Shown here in pieces: positions 50,841-59,266 of a DNA stretch of 64,000 nt. Position 1 is the stretch's first letter, and each line of letters starts with the position of its first letter. Made by a program: the position numbers and the translations under genes. This stretch comes from Candidatus Uhrbacteria bacterium (GTDB lineage Bacteria > Patescibacteriota > Patescibacteriia > UBA9934): positions 104,067 through 168,066 of the forward strand of contig CAIKHN010000004.1 of the NCBI GenBank assembly GCA_903827265.1, read 5' to 3'. The notes beneath the pieces are model-generated. The model made no database searches. It was not told the origin of the DNA and saw only the letters and a list, made by a program, of their open reading frames with translations.

Positions 50841-52222
50841 CGAATATATTCCAATGGATTGCGATAATCGCGGGAACCTTTTGAGCCAATAACTTCAAAG
50901 TGCAAATGTGTTCCCGTTGAGTTTCCTGTTGATCCGCAGCGGCCAATTGGGGTTCCCGCTGTCACCTGCTGACCAGCCTTCACATAAATAGCGTGATTGT
51001 GTCCGTAACGCGTTGAAAGGCCATTGCCGTGATCGATAATGACAAGGTTTCCGTATCCACCACCCGGACCAGTAAATCGCGGTCCAGCGAACGTCACAAT
51101 GCCGTCTGCTGCCGCATAGTTATCGTCAGTCGACGTTCCGTCGGCGTGCCCATTACAATCGATATCAACGCCAGTGTGGAACCAACTCAATCCGCGAATA
51201 ATTGTGTGACCATCTGATGGCCAGATCATGCGAGAGCTTCCCGAAACCGCAGTGCCGGTCTTTTTTGGCGCGGGCGCAAAAATCGACGCAACCGATGTTG
51301 CTCGCTTAATTGGTGCAGGAGTCGGCGGCGTTCCTCCAGGAATTAATAACTTCTGTCCAACAGCGATCGCACTTGAATCCGCAAGCTTGTTCGTGCTCAA
51401 AATACTCGTCGCGTCACTGTTATACGTCGTCGCAATCTTCAGAAGTGTATCGCCGCTCTTCACCGTGTGCACCACGCCAGACACCGGAAGAATGGTTAAT
51501 GATTGGCCGAGCTTTAACACGCTTCGCACGCTCAAATTATTTGCCCAAAGAATGGTATTTGTTGAAATACCGAATCGTGCCGCAATCGTTGAAATAGTGT
51601 CTCCTTCTGCAACCGTGTATGTTTCGATTCCGTCACGCGGAGCCACGCTTGCACTTGACCCAGAAAGAATCGGTACCGCAAGCGCGCCGCCCCCAGCAAG
51701 CGACGTAGTATTCACCAGAGCAGAATCTTGTCCGTCCGTTGCTCCAAGCGCTGGAGACAACGATGCCTGAGAAAGGTAGCTTGCTGCATCTCCTCGAAGC
51801 GCAGCAACGTCCATGTCTGCGTATTCCTCAACAACTGGAGACTCTTCCTGAGTAATCACCGCGTATGCCAAGCTCTTATTAAAGGCATCGAGCGTTTCAG
51901 CTCGAACAGTATCCATGCTTAAGTTAATAACCCCGGTGCCAGCAACGACCGAGAGAATGGCGACATGCATCATGGCACGGTTCGTCACGAAAAACATAAA
52001 ACGGCTTTTCGCGGGCCGATACCAATGCGTTAATTTCCGACGCGATGCAAATCCTGCGCGATACAGCGGAACAAAAAGAAGTGACAGCGTCCACTTTACC
52101 AATGGACGAGCCGCCACTCCAATCATTCGAGCTACACGAAAGCAGAGCGCCTTCGCCGCCAATATGCAGCGAACGAGAAAAAGTCCAAAACGTACAACGA
52201 TGCGAGAAAGGGGGGTACTCAC
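50837..52222 (-). CDS. M23-family metallopeptidase with two LysM domains and an N-terminal TM anchor
   Basis: It contains LysM repeats (YTVAEGDTISTIAARFGIS and HTVKSGDTLLKIATTYN) and a Peptidase_M23 C-terminus (HTGVDI...GNLVIIDHGNGLSTRYGHN...THLHFEV). The track start is GTG, so the true start is uncertain. Confidence 0.85.
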   Translation of the reverse strand: MSTPLSRIVVRFGLFLVRCILAAKALCFRVARMIGVAARPLVKWTLSLLFVPLYRAGFASRRKLTHWYRPAKSRFMFFVTNRAMMHVAILSVVAGTGVINLSMDTVRAETLDAFNKSLAYAVITQEESPVVEEYADMDVAALRGDAASYLSQASLSPALGATDGQDSALVNTTSLAGGGALAVPILSGSSASVAPRDGIETYTVAEGDTISTIAARFGISTNTILWANNLSVRSVLKLGQSLTILPVSGVVHTVKSGDTLLKIATTYNSDATSILSTNKLADSSAIAVGQKLLIPGGTPPTPAPIKRATSVASIFAPAPKKTGTAVSGSSRMIWPSDGHTIIRGLSWFHTGVDIDCNGHADGTSTDDNYAAADGIVTFAGPRFTGPGGGYGNLVIIDHGNGLSTRYGHNHAIYVKAGQQVTAGTPIGRCGSTGNSTGTHLHFEVIGSKGSRDYRNPLEYIR

Positions 52223-52298
52223 AGTATCTGCATTATACCAATTTCCCGGGACTCTATCAATGAAATGCCCACATTATTGGCTAAGGTTCGCTTCTTTA

Positions 52299-52326
52299 TT
52301 GACGTTTTTACCCCCAAGGCTATACT
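52299..52326 (+). promoter_or_regulatory. candidate sigma70 promoter TTGACG-N16-TATACT upstream of tig
   Basis: The -35 box is at 52299-52304 and the -10 box at 52321-52326. Confidence 0.4.
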
Positions 52327-52352
52327 ATGCGCACTTCATTTGATGTCCCCCT

Positions 52353-53642
52353 ATGTCGCACACCATCGAACACGTTGCCGATAACCAAATTAAAATCTCC
52401 GTCGTTGTCCCAAAGGATAAAGTCCTTGCCGCGATGCACGTTGCCGCAGACGAGCTGTCTCGCGTCATGAACATTCCAGGGTTCCGCCCAGGTGCCGCAA
52501 GCTACGACGTCGTAAAACAGCGTGTCGGCGAAATGAAAATCCTTGAAGAAGCCGCTGAAGAACTTATCCGCGCATCACTTGCGTCGGCGCTCATTGAGGA
52601 AGATTTGGATATTGTTGGCGCGCCGCACTTTACGATGGACGTCATGATTCCTGGCGAGGATCTTATCTACAGCGCAGACATCGCGCTCATGCCAAAGGTA
52701 AAGAAGCTTGCGGACTACACTGCACTGTCTGTTGAACGAAAGCCAACCGAACCAACACCAGAAATCATCGAAACTGCAAAAAAGGATTTGGCTCGAATGC
52801 AAACAAAAGAAACACGCGCAGTGGCCGGAAAGAAACTCGAACAAGGCGACAAAGCCGTCGTGAACCTCACCATGAAAAAGGACGGCGTAGTCCTTGAGGG
52901 CGGCGAGAGCCAAAACCATGGCGTGTATACCAGCGAGGCTCATTACATCGACGGCTTCGTCACTCAAATTCTCGGCATGGCGGAAGGCGACGAAAAAACT
53001 TTCACGCTGAAATTCCCAAAGGATCACTATCAAAAGCATCTCGCAGACAATGATGTTGATTTTTCTGTCCGTATTAACGAAATCTTCACCATCGAAACGC
53101 CGGAGATCGACGAAGAGTTCGCAAAACGTCTCGGTTTTGAAAATGCAGCAATGCTCGAGGAGAAACTCGTGGAGAATCTTGCCGCAGAAAGCGTTGTCGA
53201 GGAACGTCGGCGACAGGAACGTGAGTGCCTCGATCTTCTCGCGCAGAAATCTGAGTTCGACGTGATTCCAGACATTCTCGTTAATCAAGAACTCGAGCGC
53301 ATGATTCGCGAGCTTGAGCACTCGGTTGGTGAAAACGGAATGGAATTGAAGGACTACTTAAAATCCATCGGTAAAACGATCGCAGAAACCAAGCTCGATT
53401 TCACTCCAACGGCGCTCACCCGCGTGAAAGTCGCGCTCATCATTCGCGAAATCGGCAAGAAAGAGAATATCGACGTTAATGCAAAGGCCGTCGATGCCGA
53501 GCTCGACGTGATTGCCGACCGCCTTGGCGACGACAACGAGAATCGTGCCCGCGTGTACGAACCAGAATATCGCGACTTCGTCGAATCCCAAATGCGCAAC
53601 CGCGCCGTTGTCGATCACATCATGTCTGCAATGGTGAAGTAA
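52353..53642 (+). CDS. tig: trigger factor
   Basis: The 429-aa ORF has a ribosome-binding N-domain with the IPGFRPG signature and PPIase and C-terminal domains. Confidence 0.9.
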   Translation: MSHTIEHVADNQIKISVVVPKDKVLAAMHVAADELSRVMNIPGFRPGAASYDVVKQRVGEMKILEEAAEELIRASLASALIEEDLDIVGAPHFTMDVMIPGEDLIYSADIALMPKVKKLADYTALSVERKPTEPTPEIIETAKKDLARMQTKETRAVAGKKLEQGDKAVVNLTMKKDGVVLEGGESQNHGVYTSEAHYIDGFVTQILGMAEGDEKTFTLKFPKDHYQKHLADNDVDFSVRINEIFTIETPEIDEEFAKRLGFENAAMLEEKLVENLAAESVVEERRRQERECLDLLAQKSEFDVIPDILVNQELERMIRELEHSVGENGMELKDYLKSIGKTIAETKLDFTPTALTRVKVALIIREIGKKENIDVNAKAVDAELDVIADRLGDDNENRARVYEPEYRDFVESQMRNRAVVDHIMSAMVK

Positions 53643-53682
53643 TTCACACAAAAACGAGATCGACATGATCTCGTTTTTGATT

Positions 53683-54585
53683 TCATCGATAGACCCTCTT
53701 CCGACCGCGCCCAGCCACCAGATTCGTATACTTTCGAAACTCACATCCAATGCCTTCCCAATTCTCTACTGACAATCGAAGCGGCACACCGTCGATCGTG
53801 ATTCCTGAATGAAATGGGATCGTAGAGAGCCTCATGGCGAGATCGACTGGATCCACAGCGCGGTCGATCATCCGCATCGTCGGCATCGATCCTGGGCCAA
53901 TAGGGAAGGCGGCAAAGAGATCTATACGATCAGGATACTGATACGCAACATCGATAAGAACTTCAGTCCAAAGAAAATTCAAATTGAATCCAAACAACGG
54001 AAGAATCTTCGCCACACCATCAATCACAGATATCGATTCCCACGTTTCGATCTCACTGACGATCTTTCGCATGATCGACGGCAGATATTCGCATATAAAC
54101 TTCTCCCGATTCGGTGTCGCGCTCTTTTGTATCGTCGAGATCGGAAATACGTACGGCGTGCCGTATCGAGGCCTCGACGATGACATGAGTCGATCGTAGA
54201 GCTCGCGATTCTTTTCAAGATCGAATGATAATAATCCAACGTTCTCAATCGTTTCCGGTCGCGCAACCATGCGGCAATAAAACATGTTCAACAGCCACAG
54301 CGCAAAATCATCGCGCAGCGGATTAAGCATCGTATGAATCGCGATCGTCTGTTTGTCGAACTCCCGAAATATATTGCAGAAACGATACTTCTGCAAAATC
54401 GGATCCTCCGTGTACGGCATCGGGTCATTCAAAACTTTCTTTTGCCAAATCGATAATCGCTCTTGCGCGAAATCACAAATCTCTTTCACGATCGGCGAGT
54501 CGGCGAGATGAGACCCTTGCTCAACCACACCAACATGGCGAGGCCAATGGCGATATAAGTCGCGAATATATTTTGGAAGTTCCAT
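53683..54585 (-). CDS. hypothetical protein (about 300-327 aa) of unknown function
   Basis: This long clean ORF has no motif recognised (it is not P-loop, HEPN or nucleotidyltransferase-like by eye). Candidate starts are the ATG at 54585, the ATG at 54618 or the GTG at 54666. It is divergent from the ORF6N gene. Confidence 0.5.
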   Translation of the reverse strand: MELPKYIRDLYRHWPRHVGVVEQGSHLADSPIVKEICDFAQERLSIWQKKVLNDPMPYTEDPILQKYRFCNIFREFDKQTIAIHTMLNPLRDDFALWLLNMFYCRMVARPETIENVGLLSFDLEKNRELYDRLMSSSRPRYGTPYVFPISTIQKSATPNREKFICEYLPSIMRKIVSEIETWESISVIDGVAKILPLFGFNLNFLWTEVLIDVAYQYPDRIDLFAAFPIGPGSMPTMRMIDRAVDPVDLAMRLSTIPFHSGITIDGVPLRLSVENWEGIGCEFRKYTNLVAGRGRKRVYR

Positions 54586-54669
54586 AAATTCGGCGTGCTC
54601 CGAACGATTCATCACCATTTTTACACATCGCCCGCATTCGCGATACTGGTAGGATCTCCGTATCACAAC

Positions 54670-54694
54670 TTGAGGTCACAAATTGTGACCTCAA
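54670..54694. promoter_or_regulatory. 25-bp perfect palindrome TTGAGGTCACAA-A-TTGTGACCTCAA in the divergent intergenic region
   Basis: It has 12-bp perfect arms around a single central base and sits 26 nt upstream of the ORF6N start codon. Confidence 0.6.
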
Positions 54695-54719
54695 AATTCT
54701 TATTTCGAATACAAACTCT

Positions 54720-55228
54720 ATGTCCTTATCTCTACCCGCCGAAGTTATCGAAAATCGAATTTATGTTTTTCGTGGCCAGAAGGTAATGCTCGATCGCGAT
54801 TTAGCAAAACTATACGAAGTCGAAATTCGATCACTAAACCAATCCGTCCGAAGAAATATTAAACGCTTTCCGCAAGATTTTTGTTTTCAACTCACCAAAG
54901 AAGAATGGGCGTCTTTAAAATCACAATTTGTGATCTTAAAACCCGGACGCGGCGGAAAAGGATTTCGCCCTCTCGCCTTTACGGAGCCAGGGATCGCTAT
55001 GCTTTCAAGCGTACTCAAAAGCGACCGAGCCATCGCAATCAACATTCAAATCATCCGCACATTCATCTCTCTCCGCGACATGGCGCTTGAGCATTCCGAT
55101 CTCCGATTACGAATCGACTTTCTGGAAAAAAATACGACGAACAATTCAAAATCGTGTTTGATGCATTACGACAAACGATTGATGACGATTCGAAGAAGGG
55201 CGAGATTGGATTCAAAGAAAAGAAATAG
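54720..55228 (+). CDS. ORF6N (KilA-N-like) DNA-binding domain protein; reading frame interrupted at the A7 run 55126-55132 (needs a +1 or -1 frame change)
   Basis: The N-terminus NRIYVFRGQKVMLDRDLAKLYEVEIRSLNQSVRRNIKRFPQDFCFQLTKEEW...GRGGKGFRPLAFTEPGIAMLSSVLKSDRAIAINIQIIRTF matches the ORF6N family. The family-like C-terminus (YDEQFKIVFDALRQTIDDD...KEKK*) is in the -1 frame after the A7 run. In the continuous frame the ORF instead reads through into nfo. Confidence 0.6.
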
Positions 55229-55243
55229 GTACACTTTCTCTAT

Positions 55244-56101
55244 ATGCGATTTGGAGCTCATGTATCGGCAGCGGGAGGATTGTGGAAGGCAGGGCCAGCG
55301 GGGAAGGAACTTGGATGCGAGGTGATCCAAATCTTTTCTCGTTCTCCGCAAATGTTCGCGGCGAAACCGATAAGTGATGAGGATGCGGCGAAGTTTCGGG
55401 AGTCGATGAAAGAGAATGATATTAAGGACATCTACATTCACGCGCCGTACATCGTAAACCTCGCATCGGCGAAAAACACCACGCGCTTCGGATCGGTAAA
55501 GATTCTTCGCGAGGAACTCGATCGTGGAACTCAGCTTGGCGCAAAAGCGATCATGTTTCATCCGGGATCAGCAAAAGAAGTTGGGCAAGAGGCCGGAGTC
55601 GAAGCCGTTATTAAGGGCCTTGATCGAATCCTGGATGGATACGAGGGATCATGTCAGCTCCTCATCGAAATCTCGGCTGGCGCTGGCGCAGTGATGGGAG
55701 ATGAGTTCGAGGAAATCGCACAGTTTATCGACGGCGCAAAGCGTGGAAAGGAAATTGGCGTGTGTTTTGATACGCAACACGCGTTTGCGTCGGGATACGA
55801 TTTGCGGACAAAAGAAGCGGTCGATCAAACATTTGAGGACTTTGATCGCATCATCGGCCTCAACAAGTTGGTCGCGTCGCACTGTAACGACAGCAAAATC
55901 GAATTCGATGGCCACAAAGATCGCCACCAACACCTCGGCCACGGCTTCATCGGCGCCGATGCCTTCAAATACATCGTCCAACATCCAAAACTCCAGCACA
56001 TCGACCTCATCCTCGAAACGCCGTTTGATGGAGAGGAGGAGAAGGGAAGCCGCGAAGAAGACCTCGCACTGTTAAAGAAGTTTCGAAAGGGGATGAAATA
56101 A
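55244..56101 (+). CDS. nfo: endonuclease IV (deoxyribonuclease IV)
   Basis: It is a TIM-barrel AP endonuclease with metal-binding His/Asp/Glu blocks ([30 protein letters not shown]). Confidence 0.92.
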   Translation: MRFGAHVSAAGGLWKAGPAGKELGCEVIQIFSRSPQMFAAKPISDEDAAKFRESMKENDIKDIYIHAPYIVNLASAKNTTRFGSVKILREELDRGTQLGAKAIMFHPGSAKEVGQEAGVEAVIKGLDRILDGYEGSCQLLIEISAGAGAVMGDEFEEIAQFIDGAKRGKEIGVCFDTQHAFASGYDLRTKEAVDQTFEDFDRIIGLNKLVASHCNDSKIEFDGHKDRHQHLGHGFIGADAFKYIVQHPKLQHIDLILETPFDGEEEKGSREEDLALLKKFRKGMK

Positions 56102-56105
56102 ATTT

Positions 56106-56336
56106 GTGAAGTTTTCGGTCGCTGTAAAGCCAAACTCGAGGAAGTCTGAAATCGAAGAGCTCGGTGACGGCTCATTTGTCGTTCAGCTGAAATCGGCACC
56201 GGTCGATGGAAAGGCGAATGAGGAGCTTATTCGACTGCTTTCGAAACATTTTCGCGTCCCGCAAAAATCAATCGTCATCAAACAGGGGAGTAGTGGGAAG
56301 AAAAAACTCATCGAAATCCTTGGAATCGATTCGTAA
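56106..56336 (+). CDS. DUF167 (YggU-like) protein
   Basis: [61 protein letters not shown] is a typical DUF167 sequence. The start is GTG. Confidence 0.7.
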   Translation: MKFSVAVKPNSRKSEIEELGDGSFVVQLKSAPVDGKANEELIRLLSKHFRVPQKSIVIKQGSSGKKKLIEILGIDS

Positions 56337-56338
56337 TG

Positions 56339-56587
56339 CTACGGATTATCGATTCCGCCTTCGGTCCATGGATGACATCGGAGAATACGGAGCGTGCCCT
56401 TTGTAATACCGACTGCAACGCCGTCTTTGAGAATCGACTGACGGCAGTACTCCGAACACGAAGGGTAGAACGGGCAAAAGCCCGATGGATACATTACCTT
56501 CATTGGCCCATGATCGAATGAGAGCGTACGCTGGTAGAGAATGATCGGCGCCGTTGCAATTCGGCGAATGGCTGTTCGCGCGTTCAT
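56339..56587 (-). CDS. yidD: membrane protein insertion efficiency factor YidD
   Basis: The motifs CPFYPSCSEY and RILRCHPW are present. Confidence 0.85.
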   Translation of the reverse strand: MNARTAIRRIATAPIILYQRTLSFDHGPMKVMYPSGFCPFYPSCSEYCRQSILKDGVAVGITKGTLRILRCHPWTEGGIDNP

Positions 56588-56922
56588 AATAGTTTTGCTC
56601 GATGCAATGTGCTGCGAAGTTTTGCTTCCTTCTGATGATAATCGAGTTCGAGCGCAGGCTTCGCTGTTAAAAGAATCACATCGAACCCAGGTTTAATTTC
56701 TTTCATCATCGATCGAACAATCTCGCGGTACTGTCGACGAATGCGATTCCGATCAACGGCCTTCTTGCTCACCTTAGTTCCAACGACTACAGCAAAACGA
56801 GAGGCAACAAGGCCATTCTTCACTACCTTCACGCCGCACGCCGTATCAAAAGCACCGGCCTTGGACTTCAAGGTTTTCGCAATATCTTTTTCATGTCGTA
56901 ACCGGAAATCTTTCGCGAGCAT
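56584..56922 (-). CDS. rnpA: ribonuclease P protein component
   Basis: The 112-aa protein is basic, has an RNR-like motif (RNRIRRQYREIVR), and lies downstream of rpmH. Confidence 0.85.
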   Translation of the reverse strand: MLAKDFRLRHEKDIAKTLKSKAGAFDTACGVKVVKNGLVASRFAVVVGTKVSKKAVDRNRIRRQYREIVRSMMKEIKPGFDVILLTAKPALELDYHQKEAKLRSTLHRAKLL

Positions 56923-56974
56923 ACGAGAATGATATCAAAAGTCGGCTCTGGAAGCCGACTTTTGTTTCTACCTA

Positions 56975-57127
56975 TTAACGGGGGCGGGCGGTCACGGTGA
57001 GGCGCTTTCGGCCCTTAGCTCGGCGTCGTTTTAAAACGATCTTTCCGTCCTTGGACTTCATTCGCTTCCGAAATCCGTGCACTTTCGCGCGCTGCCGCTT
57101 TTTCGGCTGATACGTTCGCTTAGGCAT
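56975..57127 (-). CDS. rpmH: 50S ribosomal protein L34
   Basis: It reads [45 protein letters not shown]. The start was set at the ATG at 57127. Confidence 0.92.
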   Translation of the reverse strand: MPKRTYQPKKRQRAKVHGFRKRMKSKDGKIVLKRRRAKGRKRLTVTARPR

Positions 57128-57181
57128 AAGTGGCAAGACTTTACGCCCGCAAGCATACCATGTCAATAAAATTCGTGTATT

Positions 57182-57374
57182 GGCGGCAATTCAACGGGTG
57201 AGCCGATTATCGCAAGCGCCAGTGACGAGGGTATATGTTTCGCAACGAGCGCACAGATGGCACAGCCGTAGTCGAGCGATAGCGAGACGTCACGGCGTAG
57301 CGTCGCCGCGCGGTAGTGAAGAAACATATACCCGAGTCACCAGCGAGCGAGGTAGGGCTCCTTGAATTGCCGCC
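57182..57374. repeat. 193-bp nested inverted-repeat element (13-bp perfect terminal IRs GGCGGCAATTCAA/TTGAATTGCCGCC plus an inner 23-bp imperfect IR pair)
   Basis: The outer arms are at 57182-57194 and 57362-57374, and the inner arms at 57217-57241 and 57321-57345 (4 mismatches). It lies between rpmH and dnaA, next to the DnaA boxes. Confidence 0.6.
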
Positions 57375-57589
57375 ATCCACACGGCGTCGCAAAATCTTTT
57401 CTTTCAAATTTCCACGAAAAATGTGCATAACATTGTCACTTGTCCCCATATTTTACACACTTATCCACAAAATCATCCACTTCTAGCCAAAATGTCATCC
57501 TTTCAACCCTGTGGATAGTTGGCTATGATGCCTCCGAAGTTCACGTTCCTCAACGAATCCCTAAGCCCATCACCACCTGCCGCACATCT
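57375..57589 (+). promoter_or_regulatory. dnaA upstream region / oriC candidate with a DnaA-box cluster
   Basis: A perfect TTATCCACA box is at 57471-57479. Near-boxes are CATCCACA at 57374, TCATCCAC at 57483 and TGTGGATAG at 57511. Confidence 0.65.
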
Positions 57590-58978
57590 ATGAATACACA
57601 CGAGCTTTGGGAGGCAGTTTTGGGGGAAATGGAGCTTAAAGTGAGCAAAGCACACTTTACGACATGGTTCCGAAAGACGTTTGTTAGCGATTATCGCAAC
57701 GGCGAGGTCGTTATCGGCGTTCCAAACACCATTACACAACAGTGGATTAGCAAAAAGCACCACCGAGATATTCTCGAAACTATCCAGGGAATCACCAATC
57801 AGGCCGTTCGAAGCCTCACCTACCGAATCGCAACCCGGACTGAAGCTCCACAGCCACTTGTTCTTGAGGAAAAGAAGCCAGCACCAACCCGCGAAACAAC
57901 AGAAGACTACGGATTTGTCGCAACAGGAAGCGCTGAAACTGGAGGAACCGGAACGATCACCGTTAATCCACAATACACATTCCAAACATTCGTCGTTGGA
58001 AAACAAAACGAACTCGCCCATGCCGCGGCACAAGCCGTTGCTGCACAGCCGGGTGGCGCATATAACCCACTCTTCATTTACGGAGGAGTTGGACTTGGAA
58101 AGACGCACTTGCTCCACGCGATCGCCAATGAAATGCGTCGCAGAAATCCAAACGTTCGCATTCTTTACGTCACTTGTGAGCGTTTTACGAACGACTTCAT
58201 TAATGCGATCCGTTCAGGTAAAGGAAAGGAATTCAAGGATCGCTATCGCAACGTCGATCTTCTCCTTATTGACGACATCCAATTCATCACTGGAAAAGAA
58301 GGAACACAAGAGGAATTCTTCCACACATTCAACGCACTTCATCAGGAACAGCGCCAAATCGTTATCTCTTCGGATCGTCCGCCAAAATCAATTACCAGCC
58401 TTGAAAAACGTCTGCAGTCCCGGCTTGAATGGGGAATGCTCGTTGATGTTGGCATGCCAGACCTAGAAACTCGCATCGCCATTCTTCAGCGCAAGTGTAT
58501 GGAGAAGGCATTTCCACTAGATCGAGAAATCCTGCACTACGTTGCGAGCAACATCTACTCAAACATTCGCGAGCTCGAGGGAGCGCTGAACAAGATTATC
58601 GCGATTCACCAGTTCCGCAACATTTCTCCAACACTCGAAACGGTAAAACCAATTATCGCGAGCTTCGAATCTGAAAATGTCCGCAAAACCGTGACTCCTC
58701 GCCAACTAATCCTCATCGTCTCCGAATACTTCGACATTACCGTCGAGGACATTCTTGGAAAATCCCGAGAGAAGAAGCTCGCATTCCCGCGCCAGATCAT
58801 CATGTATCTCATGCGAGAGGAAATGAAGACGTCGTATCCAGCAATCGGTGACGAGCTTGGCGGACGCGACCACACAACCGCGATGCACGCGTACGGAAAG
58901 ATTTCAGATCTTGTGAAAACCGACGAAAAGCTTCAAAAGGATCTCGAACTGATTAAACAAAAGCTGTATGCGGGATAA
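57590..58978 (+). CDS. dnaA: chromosomal replication initiator DnaA
   Basis: It has the AAA+ Walker A box GGVGLGKTHL and the C-terminal DNA-binding domain (DHTTAMHAYGKI). The start was set at the ATG at 57590. Confidence 0.95.
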   Translation: MNTHELWEAVLGEMELKVSKAHFTTWFRKTFVSDYRNGEVVIGVPNTITQQWISKKHHRDILETIQGITNQAVRSLTYRIATRTEAPQPLVLEEKKPAPTRETTEDYGFVATGSAETGGTGTITVNPQYTFQTFVVGKQNELAHAAAQAVAAQPGGAYNPLFIYGGVGLGKTHLLHAIANEMRRRNPNVRILYVTCERFTNDFINAIRSGKGKEFKDRYRNVDLLLIDDIQFITGKEGTQEEFFHTFNALHQEQRQIVISSDRPPKSITSLEKRLQSRLEWGMLVDVGMPDLETRIAILQRKCMEKAFPLDREILHYVASNIYSNIRELEGALNKIIAIHQFRNISPTLETVKPIIASFESENVRKTVTPRQLILIVSEYFDITVEDILGKSREKKLAFPRQIIMYLMREEMKTSYPAIGDELGGRDHTTAMHAYGKISDLVKTDEKLQKDLELIKQKLYAG

Positions 58979-59049
58979 CGTGGGGACAAAGAGTGACACC
59001 CCTGTGAATTGTGGAAGAACTGTGTAAAAGGCTGTGGACGGACAGGTGA

Positions 59050-59200
59050 AGTTCCCTGGGGAAACGGGTAGGATAACAAGGGGATGGAAATAGCAGTCAA
59101 ACGATTCCTCCAACTTATCTCCACACACCACACCGTCGTCCACACGAATCGTCCACCGAGAGAATCGGCGGATACCCACGTCAGCAGGAGCGATCTGCGA
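59050..59200 (+). promoter_or_regulatory. dnaA-dnaN intergenic DnaA-box cluster (second origin module candidate)
   Basis: It contains TTATCCACT (59190-59198), TTATCTCCACA, TCGTCCACA, TCGTCCACC, TGTGGACGG and TGTGGAAGA, that is multiple TCCACA-type motifs. Confidence 0.5.
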
Positions 59201-59266
59201 TTATCCACTTCATACACACCCCTTACTGTTACTACTGGTTCTTATAGAGATATTAATTTCCTGAAT

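Noticed and set aside
52575-53321. 248-aa minus-strand ORF
   Set aside because: It is antisense to tig.
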